The notes below the pieces were generated by a model. It did no database searches. It was given only the letters and a program-made list of their open reading frames with translations, and was not told the DNA's origin. A DNA stretch of 64,000 nt from Myxococcota bacterium (lineage in GTDB: Bacteria > Myxococcota_A > Bradymonadia > UBA7976 > UBA1532). Location: positions 37,991-101,990 of the forward strand of contig JAYZEG010000063.1 of assembly GCA_036337435.1 (NCBI GenBank), given 5' to 3'. This document shows positions 30,598-40,583 of this stretch, piece by piece; position 1 is the first letter of the stretch; each line of letters starts with the position of its first letter. The position numbers and the translations under genes were made by a program.

Positions 30598-30842
30598 GGT
30601 TCTATTGTCCTCGGGCTTTATGACTCAACTGTAGCCAAAATGGGGCCTCAGTGAGCATCACCATGGTTTCTGAAGGTGTCGGAATATATGTGACTCGGAG
30701 GGGCTGAGGCAAGCATTCTGTTTAAACTTCCCGTCATTCAAAGGTTATTCAGTTCGATTTTTGTTGAAATTCCCGCAGTTTTAGTCGAACCAAGGGCGTG
30801 TTATGTCTGTAACGTTCAACAAAATTACGGTTTGAGTAGTCG

Positions 30843-31433
30843 ATGAGTAATCTCAAGATTCCAGATGTTTTTTCGACGCATTCCGCGGCTAAATATTGTC
30901 GTGTCACGCCCATGACCATCATTCGCTGGATCGAAGAGGGCAGAATTAAAGCTTATAAGACCCCCGGGGGGCATCGTCGGATTATGCGTGGCGACTTGGA
31001 CGAGTTTTGTCGAGCGACGGGCATTCCTATCGAATGGGACACCCGTGGTAATCAAGGTCCGAAACGCGTCTTGGTCATCGATGATGATGAGCATTCGGTT
31101 AACTCAATTTTGGATGCCCTTTTGGATGCTGAGGGCGACGACTCCATGGTGACCTTCAAGATCGCGCACACAGACAATGCGTTTGATGCCGGCATGATGA
31201 TGCGAGATCTAAAACCAGAAATCATTTTTCTCGATCTTGACCTCGCAGGCACCGACCCTGTTCGGCTCATCGCATCCATACGTCATGATGCCGATCTACG
31301 AGATTGTCGGGTCGTTGGTATTGCCTCGGAACAGACGCCAGCAAACATGCCGGTCGACCGCGTACTGCATCGACCATTGGCCCGCGGAGCCGTCCGGCAA
31401 GCAACGGGTCCAATGCCCATCGTCAAAATTTAG
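30843..31433 (+). CDS. Excisionase/MerR-type HTH + receiver response regulator
   Basis: FSTHSAAKYCRVTPMTIIRWIEEGRIKAYKTPGGHRRI, then VLVIDDD...IIFLDL. Confidence 0.88.
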   Translation: MSNLKIPDVFSTHSAAKYCRVTPMTIIRWIEEGRIKAYKTPGGHRRIMRGDLDEFCRATGIPIEWDTRGNQGPKRVLVIDDDEHSVNSILDALLDAEGDDSMVTFKIAHTDNAFDAGMMMRDLKPEIIFLDLDLAGTDPVRLIASIRHDADLRDCRVVGIASEQTPANMPVDRVLHRPLARGAVRQATGPMPIVKI

Positions 31434-31600
31434 GTGAACTCCCCAATCTGTGTTCCCCCTCGATTTGGATATCGGCGACGTCCATGACGCCGCAAATCCT
31501 TAGAAGGATTGAAGTAATTTGCCGTAGACGGTTTCATAATCGTGTGGTTTAGTGTACCCAGAGGTATACAAAGGCAGTATAGGTTCTTCGGAGGTCTTTT

Positions 31601-32503
31601 ATGAATCGCTCAATCGGCGTACGAAGTCTCATTTCCGCGGGTATTAACAAGTTAAAAGCACCGACAGATGAGATCCCGATTACAGGGAATCGGCGTGCCT
31701 TGGTCATGGCTATAGCAGCGCAGAAAGGCGGCGTCGGTAAGACGACGACGACAGTCAACCTCGCGTGTGCTTGGGCAAAGCAATCAAAGTATCGAATTCT
31801 TGTCATCGATATCGACCCACAGGGTCATGTCTCGTCGTCGCTGAGAGAAAACATCAAGCCGGCGTCATCGACGTTGACCGAAATTCTTTTGGCCGACAGA
31901 CCGCGGGACATCTTGGATGCAGTGTTTCAAACCAATCTGCCAAATTTGAGTTTAACGGCGGCTGATAAAGGACTCGCCGAAACCGATGCTCAACTGGCGA
32001 GTCGAGTTGGGCGGGAATACATTCTCAAGAGCGCCATCGCCAACGCGAGGAGCCATTACGACATTATTTTGATCGATTGTCCGCCAAATTTAGGAAATCT
32101 GACCCTCAATGCACTCGTCGCTGCCGATTGTGTCTTGGTCCCGTGTGACATGAGCATTCTCGCCTTCGAAGGTGTCGCCGATCTTCTTGGGACTGTTCGA
32201 ACCGTAAACTTAAGGCTTGGTCAGAACTTGGATATTGCAGGGATTATTCGAACGCGGGTTGACGGACGCACTCGGCAAATTAACGACGCCATCGGTGGTG
32301 CTCTTCGAGACAACTATGGCGAGCTGCTGCTGGACACTGTGATTCCAATTAACTCAGCTTTAGCGAAAGCTCAGGCGGCCGGTCTCAGCATCTTTGAGTT
32401 CCAGGCTCGTTCTCGGGGGGCAGAAGCCTATCTTTCTCTGTCCAATGAACTGGAAGCCCGTCTATCGCTGGGCGCAGATCAGGTTCATGCCTCGACCTTT
32501 TAA
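31601..32503 (+). CDS. ParA/Soj family ATPase (no adjacent parB)
   Basis: QKGGVGKTTT, IDIDPQG, IDCPPNLG, ALVAAD. Confidence 0.93.
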   Translation: MNRSIGVRSLISAGINKLKAPTDEIPITGNRRALVMAIAAQKGGVGKTTTTVNLACAWAKQSKYRILVIDIDPQGHVSSSLRENIKPASSTLTEILLADRPRDILDAVFQTNLPNLSLTAADKGLAETDAQLASRVGREYILKSAIANARSHYDIILIDCPPNLGNLTLNALVAADCVLVPCDMSILAFEGVADLLGTVRTVNLRLGQNLDIAGIIRTRVDGRTRQINDAIGGALRDNYGELLLDTVIPINSALAKAQAAGLSIFEFQARSRGAEAYLSLSNELEARLSLGADQVHASTF

Positions 32504-32629
32504 TTCTGCTTAGGCTGGCTTGCTCACACGAGTGGAACTGCTGTGATTATCCATGGAATATAATCGTCCGTCCGGCGGATCGTGTATACTAGAAGTGCAT
32601 GTTGTATTTGTTGTAGGCCTTAAGCGAAA

Positions 32630-34642
32630 TTGAACCCCAGTTCATCAACGTCAAAGCGCATCAAACGGGTTCCGAAAGCAGCACCTAAGGCGGGGCGTAA
32701 GCGCAGGCAGCGTGAGCCGGTACCCGTCACCGTGGATTTACTGCGATCGACGCCGTTTTTTGCTCACCTGCCGCAACCTTACCTCGATGCGTTGGTGTCC
32801 CGTGCAGAGCATGTTGAATTGGCGCGTGGAGAACATGCCTTTAATGGCCGACCGCTTGGTGGGCAGGACATGACTCTCTTTCTCGTTCTCTTTGGAGACC
32901 TCAGTGTTCACAGAACCCAGAATAAAGGGCCGGAGGAAACGGCGAATTATCTGACCGTCGGCGACTTCTTTGTTGAAAGGTTGATCGTCGATGACGACAC
33001 AAAATCAATTAGGCTGACGGCCATGTGTCCAGTGCGCGTTTTGAAGTTCAGCTATGCTGATTTCAATGTGCTGCTTCGCGATCACGACGAGTTGAGAAAC
33101 AGTTTTTCTGAGCGAATCCGCACGGTTGTCGACCGCCAAAAGTCTCGGTTCGATGATAAGTTCCAAAAAGAGATAGCCCGATTTCTGGTACAGGAAAGAC
33201 TGACTTTTGCTGGGCGGGTCAAGCTCAAACGGATGGATTTATGCATCGAGTGCGACGGCTGCTATTCAGCCTGTAAAGACCGCCATGGGACCGATCGTCT
33301 TGGTCCTAGTGAAGTTAAATACGGTCTCACTGAGATTCCCCAGAACTGTCACAATTGCGTAGTGCCTGAATGCATGGACAAATGTAAATTCGGGCACATC
33401 GGGCGGCATGCCATCACAGGTGAGATCGTCATCGATGACAACTGCATTGGCTGCACAATGTGCAGTAAAGGGTGCAGCTTTGGGTCCATTCGGATGCACC
33501 CGATCGATGAATTGGACATGGAAAAATATTTTCCGAACCGCTCCCCTGACGCAAAGGGCAAGGCGATTGCTCAGAAATGCGATAATTGTACTGGCTATGA
33601 AGATAAAGCCTGTATTTCGGCATGTCCTACGGGTGCATTATTTCAGCTAGATGGCGTGGAGCTGTTTGAGAATTGGCGACAATTTAGCCCGCAATCGCAA
33701 AACGATGGTGCGACGATTGAGAGTCCCAATGAGTTCCCCTATCGATGGCGCCAATTTTGGGTCGCGCTGACCGTTTCTGTAACCCTATTTCTGGCTTGGG
33801 AATGCTTCGGCCGTTTGTATTGGCCAAAGGTCACATTTGCAGAGTTATTCTTTCAACTCGGCTGGTCTGCATCGGGTGTTGATCCAGTGGTCCCTTTTCG
33901 TGCCGGAGATTTCTTCAGTCACGCGCTCGGTTACATCGGTGGCGGATTGATGCTGGGGACTCAAGTATACCGATTAAGGGGTCGATTCAGCACGACACCT
34001 GTCTTGATGGAGGCCCATATTTGGATGGGTGTGATCGGTTTCATCATGGCGTTTTTTCACACCGCTTTTGTGTTTAGTGATCCTATCGCTGTCGCCACTT
34101 TCCTGACCATGTTTTTGGCTGTCGTCACTGGGACAATTGGCCGCTACGTTGTCTACATCGTCCCGAGAAATAAGCATGGCCATGAGCTTCTCTTGTATGA
34201 AGTTAACGATCGAATCAGTGAGGTCAGTAGACAAATAGAGGGCGTTTTCTCGGATCCAAGCGTTGGCCACACTGCAATCGTCAGGTTAAAAGACATCCTT
34301 GGACAAGAGAAAAATGAAACGGCGTTGGCGTCTTCAGAGTCCCGCGGCTGGCGGTCCTTCATCTCGCTCCTTGTCGACCTGATTCGACGCGATGCGTTGA
34401 CGAAAAAACGTGTTTCAGACCTTGCAAGTGAGTTAAGCCAAGGGTTTGAAGATGCAAACCAGACTACGCTCCTCGAGACGCTCATGACGGAAAAGAGTCG
34501 GTTGGAGCGTGCGATTGTTCAGCATGCATTTTTGTCCAAGGTCTTAAAACGGTATCGAATTGTCCATGTCACCAGCAGCAATATTATGTTTGGAGCACTG
34601 ATTCTCCATATTGTTTTCGCGTTGATGTATCAGGTCAATTGA
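32630..34642 (+). CDS. Fusion: cNMP-binding-like domain + four-cluster NrfC/DmsB-type ferredoxin + putative di-heme cytochrome b membrane domain
   Basis: LRSTPFFAHL...LFLVLFGDLSV...GDFF (CNB fold); CIECDGCYSAC, CHNCVVPECMDKC, CIGCTMCSKGC, CDNC...CISACP; TM helices with HIWMGVIGFIMAFFH and HVTSSNIMFGALILH. Confidence 0.85.
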   Translation: MNPSSSTSKRIKRVPKAAPKAGRKRRQREPVPVTVDLLRSTPFFAHLPQPYLDALVSRAEHVELARGEHAFNGRPLGGQDMTLFLVLFGDLSVHRTQNKGPEETANYLTVGDFFVERLIVDDDTKSIRLTAMCPVRVLKFSYADFNVLLRDHDELRNSFSERIRTVVDRQKSRFDDKFQKEIARFLVQERLTFAGRVKLKRMDLCIECDGCYSACKDRHGTDRLGPSEVKYGLTEIPQNCHNCVVPECMDKCKFGHIGRHAITGEIVIDDNCIGCTMCSKGCSFGSIRMHPIDELDMEKYFPNRSPDAKGKAIAQKCDNCTGYEDKACISACPTGALFQLDGVELFENWRQFSPQSQNDGATIESPNEFPYRWRQFWVALTVSVTLFLAWECFGRLYWPKVTFAELFFQLGWSASGVDPVVPFRAGDFFSHALGYIGGGLMLGTQVYRLRGRFSTTPVLMEAHIWMGVIGFIMAFFHTAFVFSDPIAVATFLTMFLAVVTGTIGRYVVYIVPRNKHGHELLLYEVNDRISEVSRQIEGVFSDPSVGHTAIVRLKDILGQEKNETALASSESRGWRSFISLLVDLIRRDALTKKRVSDLASELSQGFEDANQTTLLETLMTEKSRLERAIVQHAFLSKVLKRYRIVHVTSSNIMFGALILHIVFALMYQVN

Positions 34643-34792
34643 GGCTAAAATAACCGGAAAGCGGGACGGCTAACAGCTTCGCCAATGCGGCACCAACGGG
34701 GAATGTTTGAGTTAATTAGCGTCCGATGATGACCATAATCGAAAAAATAGCTACGATCGCCGTTAAAGTTACCACAGGATACGCACGGTTAT

Positions 34793-37117
34793 ATGGGGCG
34801 CCCCTCGGCACAGACTAGGTCAGTCACTCGTCGGTTTGTTCTGCCAACCATCGTTTTTTGGCCGCTGTTGATTCTTTGTTTCAACTCTCAGGTTTTCGCT
34901 GTCGGGCCCTTATCGACCCCACATGCTCGCTATGACAACAATAACGATTGTACTAAGTGCCACGACATTTTTGGGGGCATGCCCAATCGAAACTGCCTTA
35001 ATTGTCACAAACGCATTGGCCAGCGGATCAGTGCTCGTAAAGGGTACCATGGGCGCAATGCAGTTGGCGCCAAGTGTCATGATTGTCATCGTGAACATCG
35101 CGGGCGTGGCTATGGGATAACCCAACTCAATAGGCGAACTTTTGACCACAATCTCACGGGTTGGTCGCTCACGGGTGGTCATACACGTGTTCCATGCCGG
35201 GAATGTCACAGCGCAAAGCGACCAGGGACGAACCGGGACAGTTATCTTGGGGCACCAACGAACTGTAATGGCTGTCATGGGAGCTATCATGGCCAAGGCC
35301 AAAAAGCGGAGTTGAATCGCTGCCAGGATTGCCACAACACCACAAGCTGGGCGTCTCTCAACGATAAATTGAGATTCAATCATAACACACAAACAAATTT
35401 TCCTTTGACTGGCCTTCATCGACAAGCATCCTGTGATAAATGTCATCTCGGCAAGCGTAACTTCGGACCAATTGAGGTTTCAGGCTGTGTAAGTTGTCAC
35501 AAAAACCCCCATCCGGTCGGTGTATTTGGATCACCGCGCAAGTGTGAAGAATGTCATGTGACCAGCGGGTTTAAGAAGACCAATGTCTTCGACCATTCTA
35601 CGGCTGGTTGGACTCTTCGTGGTAAACATGCAGTGAATGCATGTACCGATTGCCACTCCTGGGAGAAATGGCGACCACCAACCAACGATTGCCGCGGGTG
35701 TCATGTCGACGTCCACAAGGGGCAATTTGGTCGACAGCGATGCGACAGCTGTCACAAACAGACCGGGTTTACGGGACGGCATTTGAAGTTCAATCATAAC
35801 ACCATGAGTCGGTTCCCACTGAAGGGGCGGCATACGCGCGTCGATTGTGTCAGTTGCCACCCCGGTGGCACCTACAAGCCATTGCCCATGGAATGCGCGG
35901 ATTGTCATCAAGATGACAATCCGCATGGAGATACTTTCGGTGAGACACCATGCAGTAATTGTCACTCGCCCGTCGATTGGATGAAGACCCGTTTTGATCA
36001 CAGTGTGACTGGATTCGCACTTGAAGAGCGTCATGCCGAGCAGCCCTGTTATCGTTGCCACCCGAACGGAACTGAAATTGAAGATGACACGGAAAGGCGC
36101 TGTTCGTTTTGCCACACGGACGTCCATCAAGGCCAATTCGAAGCCCCGCTGGACCAATTAAATCGGTCCCTGGCGTCCCAGTCCCAGCAGGCATCTGATG
36201 GCTGTGAAAAATGTCATTCGGGTTTTCGGTCCTGGAAAATTCCATTCTTTGACCACAATATCAGTCAATTTGCGCTCACTGGGCAGCACCAGACGGTGCC
36301 TTGTTCAGGGTGTCACACGGAGGGACATTTCAAGCCCATTGATACAGCCTGTGCGAATTGTCATTACAATTTCCACGAGGGGCAGTTCAGTCAACCGTGT
36401 GACCAATGTCACACAACAAAAGCCTGGGCACCGTTGGAGGGATTCGACCACAACACCAGAACGGACTATCGCTTGGATGGCCGTCATGAAGAGGTCGATT
36501 GCGGCAAATGTCATATCGACAACATCTATACAGACACGCCGCAGGCATGTGGAGATTGTCACGTCGATGTCCATAAGGGAAAGCTTGGTCCGGGTTGTGA
36601 CCGCTGCCATGGCGTTGAGGATTGGTCAATCAACACGATGCAAGACCATGATTTCGGCGCATTCCGACTGGGTGGCGTTCACGACCTATTGCCCTGCGAG
36701 GAGTGTCACGGTCCAGATCGAAAGGAGACGCAAGCTGGACGAGGTCCCGAATGCGTAAACTGTCATCGAGATCCCCATTTCGGGAGCTTTGGACCTCAAT
36801 GTTTCGAATGTCACAATCAACAAGCTTTCTTGCCAAGTACCTTTCTTCACGCTGAAACGGGCTTCCGACTGTCTGGAGCACATCGTTTTGTTGAATGCCG
36901 GGATTGTCATCCTGGGCGTGTTTTCGGCGGGTTGCCCAATGATTGTTTCTTCTGTCATACACAAGATTTCAACGCGACCGCCGGCAGTAAGCTCTGCGAT
37001 CACACAGCGTGCATTCCAGGCGGGTTAGACACCTGTCACAATTGTCATCGGTCAACAAGTTTCATCCCAGCGCGGCCCGGCTCCGGGTGCGGGGTTTGCG
37101 AGGTCAATGGCCGATGA
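34793..37117 (+). CDS. Exported multiheme cytochrome c with 30 CxxCH motifs
   Basis: Signal peptide; 30 CxxCH counted by hand, arranged as triheme repeats FDHxxTxFxLxGxH-CxxCH-CxxCH-xxH-CxxCH. Confidence 0.95.
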   Translation: MGRPSAQTRSVTRRFVLPTIVFWPLLILCFNSQVFAVGPLSTPHARYDNNNDCTKCHDIFGGMPNRNCLNCHKRIGQRISARKGYHGRNAVGAKCHDCHREHRGRGYGITQLNRRTFDHNLTGWSLTGGHTRVPCRECHSAKRPGTNRDSYLGAPTNCNGCHGSYHGQGQKAELNRCQDCHNTTSWASLNDKLRFNHNTQTNFPLTGLHRQASCDKCHLGKRNFGPIEVSGCVSCHKNPHPVGVFGSPRKCEECHVTSGFKKTNVFDHSTAGWTLRGKHAVNACTDCHSWEKWRPPTNDCRGCHVDVHKGQFGRQRCDSCHKQTGFTGRHLKFNHNTMSRFPLKGRHTRVDCVSCHPGGTYKPLPMECADCHQDDNPHGDTFGETPCSNCHSPVDWMKTRFDHSVTGFALEERHAEQPCYRCHPNGTEIEDDTERRCSFCHTDVHQGQFEAPLDQLNRSLASQSQQASDGCEKCHSGFRSWKIPFFDHNISQFALTGQHQTVPCSGCHTEGHFKPIDTACANCHYNFHEGQFSQPCDQCHTTKAWAPLEGFDHNTRTDYRLDGRHEEVDCGKCHIDNIYTDTPQACGDCHVDVHKGKLGPGCDRCHGVEDWSINTMQDHDFGAFRLGGVHDLLPCEECHGPDRKETQAGRGPECVNCHRDPHFGSFGPQCFECHNQQAFLPSTFLHAETGFRLSGAHRFVECRDCHPGRVFGGLPNDCFFCHTQDFNATAGSKLCDHTACIPGGLDTCHNCHRSTSFIPARPGSGCGVCEVNGR

Positions 37118-38436
37118 ATGCGACTCTGCATAGGCGTGTTTGGTGCTGTGTTCTAATGCTTTCCGTCGCCCAAGCTCAGAACGAAGACTGGTCCGTTGAT
37201 GGTAGAATTGCCTCCCGTAGTCTCTATTCTACGGCTGACGGCCCCGTTTCCAAAGATGTGGTGTTCCAGTTCGTCGACTTGGATCTAGAGGCTGAGCATA
37301 TGGGGGTTTTTGATACCTCACTTACGCTGGACGCCACCATCCTCTGGGATATTAGTGAAGCTCAGGAACGGAGGTTTGGCGAGACACAGTCATTCCAACA
37401 ACTCAGACAGCTGTATCTCCAACAGGCAGTGGGCCAAAAATGGTCTGTGTCGGCCGGTCGCCGCATTATCTTTCAAGCCGGAAACGCTTGGGTCGATGGC
37501 CTTGATATTCAGCTTAAATTGAACAACGCCATCATGGTGGGTGCCTACGGCGGATTACGACCTGATCCAAATAGCTACAAGCCAACAACGACCTATCAGA
37601 CCTTGGGCACCTATTCGAGTTATAAACGGGACGGACTGAATATTGAATTCGGTTACAACCTGATTTTGAGAGACGGCTTAGATCGTCAATTTCTCTATGG
37701 ACGCACCCACTATCGGTTGTCACCTGGACTCTATGTAAATGTCTACTCGGTGGTGGATACACTGGATGAAATCGAGCCTGTGACATTCTTGTCGACTCTT
37801 GATTATACGCCAACAAAGGCCGTGAATCTCTCGCTTAATTATACGCGGTACAGCATTGAAGCCTACCGAAACCAAGCCATCTATCGCAATGTAGTCCGGC
37901 TCAATCAAGCCTTGTTGCTTGGTGATGAAATTATTGATCTGGTCTATAATCGGGTGCGCCTATCAGGGTCTTATCGATTTTGGCGACGCTACTATCATTA
38001 TCAAACTATCGAATACAAAAGGCGGAGCCAAGACAGGAGGCAATCTTGGGCCTATATCATTGGTATCCGGAACAACAATCTCTGGTCTACTGGAACCCGT
38101 CTCGACCTCCGAACGACTCTGAGAAATAATTTTCAGAGCGATTCCTGGTTGATTGCAGGCGATCTGGAGAAAGACGTTTTATTGGAGTTGACCCTCAACT
38201 TGCACGGGACAGTTTTTGACGGCCGAACCATAGACCGCTTCACCGAACGAGGCCGTACCTTTGATGAGGCGCAGCGGATTTACTTGATGGGCGGATCTTT
38301 GTTTTGGAGGCCATCGCGAGCGCATCATCTGAGCTTGACCTACGATGGTGTCTACGAAACAGACCTGATCGATCAACGAAACGACGCTGCGCTGTTCATT
38401 CACACTGGCCTATTCAGGTACGCGTACCACTTTTGA
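37114..38436 (+). CDS. Outer-membrane beta-barrel (putative cytochrome-associated porin)
   Basis: ATGA overlap with the cytochrome stop, signal peptide ending AQA, alternating amphipathic Tyr-rich strands, C-terminal beta-signal FRYAYHF. Confidence 0.8.
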   Translation: MNATLHRRVWCCVLMLSVAQAQNEDWSVDGRIASRSLYSTADGPVSKDVVFQFVDLDLEAEHMGVFDTSLTLDATILWDISEAQERRFGETQSFQQLRQLYLQQAVGQKWSVSAGRRIIFQAGNAWVDGLDIQLKLNNAIMVGAYGGLRPDPNSYKPTTTYQTLGTYSSYKRDGLNIEFGYNLILRDGLDRQFLYGRTHYRLSPGLYVNVYSVVDTLDEIEPVTFLSTLDYTPTKAVNLSLNYTRYSIEAYRNQAIYRNVVRLNQALLLGDEIIDLVYNRVRLSGSYRFWRRYYHYQTIEYKRRSQDRRQSWAYIIGIRNNNLWSTGTRLDLRTTLRNNFQSDSWLIAGDLEKDVLLELTLNLHGTVFDGRTIDRFTERGRTFDEAQRIYLMGGSLFWRPSRAHHLSLTYDGVYETDLIDQRNDAALFIHTGLFRYAYHF

Positions 38437-38464
38437 GATCACAGTCGGCTGGGCGTACGCGATT

Positions 38465-39022
38465 TCAGACTTCCATAAGTTCGTCTTGTTTCCGACCAAC
38501 GATGCCATCGATGGTCTCCGTAGCACCATCCGTGAGCCCTTGAACTTTTTCCAGTGACTTCTTGAGTTCGTCTTCTGTTAGGTCGCCGTCTTTTTGTAAG
38601 GCCTTAAGCATCGCATTGGCGTCTCGCCGGCTATTCCTTGCGGAGACCTTAGCCGTCTCTCCCAATCGTTGAACGGTCTTCACCAGCTCTTTGCGTCGTT
38701 CTTCAGTTAACGGGGGGATTGATAGACGAATGACCGTGCCATCGTTAGCTGGGTTGAGACCGAGATTCGATTGTTGAATCGCACGTTCAACATCACCCAA
38801 AAGGTCTTTCTCCCAGGGCTTGATTGAAATTGTTCGAGGTTCCGGAACTTGGATTGATGCGACTTGATTAAGTGGTGTTGGTTGTCCGTAGTAGGAAACC
38901 CTGATGTTATCGAGTAAATTGACGTTGGCTCGACCAGAACGAACCCTGGCCAGATCACGGCGCAGGGCACTGTAGGTCTTTTCAAAAGTCGCTTTTAGGT
39001 CTTCGTAGATCTCGTCTTCCAT
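38465..39022 (-). CDS. frr: Ribosome recycling factor
   Basis: VRSGRAN, YYGQPTPLNQVA, IPPLTEERRKELVK; downstream of pyrH. Confidence 0.97.
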   Translation of the reverse strand: MEDEIYEDLKATFEKTYSALRRDLARVRSGRANVNLLDNIRVSYYGQPTPLNQVASIQVPEPRTISIKPWEKDLLGDVERAIQQSNLGLNPANDGTVIRLSIPPLTEERRKELVKTVQRLGETAKVSARNSRRDANAMLKALQKDGDLTEDELKKSLEKVQGLTDGATETIDGIVGRKQDELMEV

Positions 39023-39139
39023 AACGCATTCGCTCCTCTTGTATTGCTTGAACGCGAAGACGATAGCATACGAAATCGTGCCTTGGGAGTCATTTGCAGG
39101 ATTCTATTTGAAGATGAGCACGCTGTGCTCTTCGACGGA

Positions 39140-39862
39140 CTAAACGGTAATGGTTGTGCCCACACTGTGGCGCTGCGCGACGCGGACAATGTTGCCAGGT
39201 GTCCCCAATTCGAAAACAACGATGGGCATTTTATTTTCGCGACATAGACTAATGGCTGTCGCATCCATGACCCTCAAGTCCTCGGCTAAGCATTCGCTGT
39301 ACGTCACGTGGTCATATTTAACAGCATCTGCATGGACCATGGGGTCCTTGTCATAAATGCCGTCCACCTTCGTCGCCTTGAGGACAGCATCTGCTCCAAT
39401 TTCGACGGCTCTGAGGGCTGCTGCTGTATCGGTTGTGAAATAGGGATTCCCGGTTCCAGCAGCAAAAACCACGACCCGCCCTTTTTCAAGGTGACGCATG
39501 GCGCGCCGCCGAATGAACGGCTCGGCGACACGGGGCATTTCGATACCGCTCATCACCCTCGTTTTCAGACCGACCTTCTCGAAGCCCTCTTGGATTGCAA
39601 TGGCATTGATCGCCGTCGCCAGCATGCCCATATAGTCCGCACTCGTGCGGTCCATTCCTTGGGCGGCACCGGCCACACCCCTAAAGATGTTGCCGCCACC
39701 GATAACGACCGCCAATTCGATACCAAGAGCCCGCACTTCGCTGACCTCTGATGCGATCTGAGAAATCACGTTGGGCGATATACCATAGGTCCCCTCACCG
39801 ATCAGTGCTTCGCCCGACAGCTTCAAAAGGAGACGCTTATATGGTGGTTTACCGCCCGTCAT
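39140..39862 (-). CDS. pyrH: UMP kinase
   Basis: [33 protein letters not shown]. Confidence 0.98.
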   Translation of the reverse strand: MTGGKPPYKRLLLKLSGEALIGEGTYGISPNVISQIASEVSEVRALGIELAVVIGGGNIFRGVAGAAQGMDRTSADYMGMLATAINAIAIQEGFEKVGLKTRVMSGIEMPRVAEPFIRRRAMRHLEKGRVVVFAAGTGNPYFTTDTAAALRAVEIGADAVLKATKVDGIYDKDPMVHADAVKYDHVTYSECLAEDLRVMDATAISLCRENKMPIVVFELGTPGNIVRVAQRHSVGTTITV

Positions 39863-39871
39863 GTTCAGTCC

Positions 39872-40519
39872 CTACCCGGCTGTTGCAGCGGCAACTTCCG
39901 CGGCGAAATCTGTCTCTTCTTTCTCGATTCCTTCACCGAGCTCGAATCGAACAAATCGACGAATCTTGATGTTTTCCTTCACGACAGCCGCGACCTCGAT
40001 GACGAGTTCGTTGATGGTTTTGTCGGTGTCGCGAACAAAAGCCTGATCGAGAAGGCAAATCTCTGACTTCCACTTCTTCAGCTTGCCTTCGACGATTCGT
40101 TCCAGAATGTTGGCTGGCTTGCCTGCGTCTTCCATTTGGGCAAGAAAAATTTCTTTCTGCTTAGCCACGTAGTCGGCCGGAATTTCCGACGAATCGACAT
40201 ACTCAGGGTTTGTGGCAGCGATGTGCATTGCAACATCTTTTGCGAGGCGCTGAAAATCTTCATTCCGAGCAACGAAATCAGTCTCACTATTGAGCTCGAC
40301 AAGAACGCCGATTCGCCCATTGTGAATATAGCTTCCAACCACGCCTTCTGCTGCCGTGCGGCCAGCGCGCTTTCCGATGGCTGCGAGGCTCTTCTTTTGA
40401 AGATATTCTTTTGCTTTGCCGATGTCGCCCTCAGATTCGACCAAGGCTTTCTTACAATCCATCATTCCCGCTCCTGTCTCACGACGCAGAGCAGCTACAT
40501 CTTTTGCTGAAATCGACAT
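39872..40519 (-). CDS. tsf: Elongation factor Ts (short form)
   Basis: LRRETGAGMMDCKKAL, ELNSETDFVA, RRFVRFELGEG. Confidence 0.98.
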   Translation of the reverse strand: MSISAKDVAALRRETGAGMMDCKKALVESEGDIGKAKEYLQKKSLAAIGKRAGRTAAEGVVGSYIHNGRIGVLVELNSETDFVARNEDFQRLAKDVAMHIAATNPEYVDSSEIPADYVAKQKEIFLAQMEDAGKPANILERIVEGKLKKWKSEICLLDQAFVRDTDKTINELVIEVAAVVKENIKIRRFVRFELGEGIEKEETDFAAEVAAATAG

Positions 40520-40583
40520 TTCGATCTCCGGTTTGGTTGAGCGATCCCGATTGGGATCGCAGTGGGTTTACAGGGTATAGAGT

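Noticed and set aside
31601..32629. parABS locus or replication origin
   Set aside because: No parB, parS palindrome or dnaA/gidAB context in the window
32630..32730. Tat signal on the cNMP/Fe-S fusion (RKRRQRE)
   Set aside because: No hydrophobic h-region follows; treated as a basic cytoplasmic tail
34910..37003. Several 100-200 aa antisense ORFs inside the cytochrome gene
   Set aside because: By-products of repetitive Cys/His codons (MT/MA repeats on the reverse strand)
37088..37102. CGVCE as a 31st heme site
   Set aside because: Lacks the His ligand, so not counted; mentioned only as an open possibility
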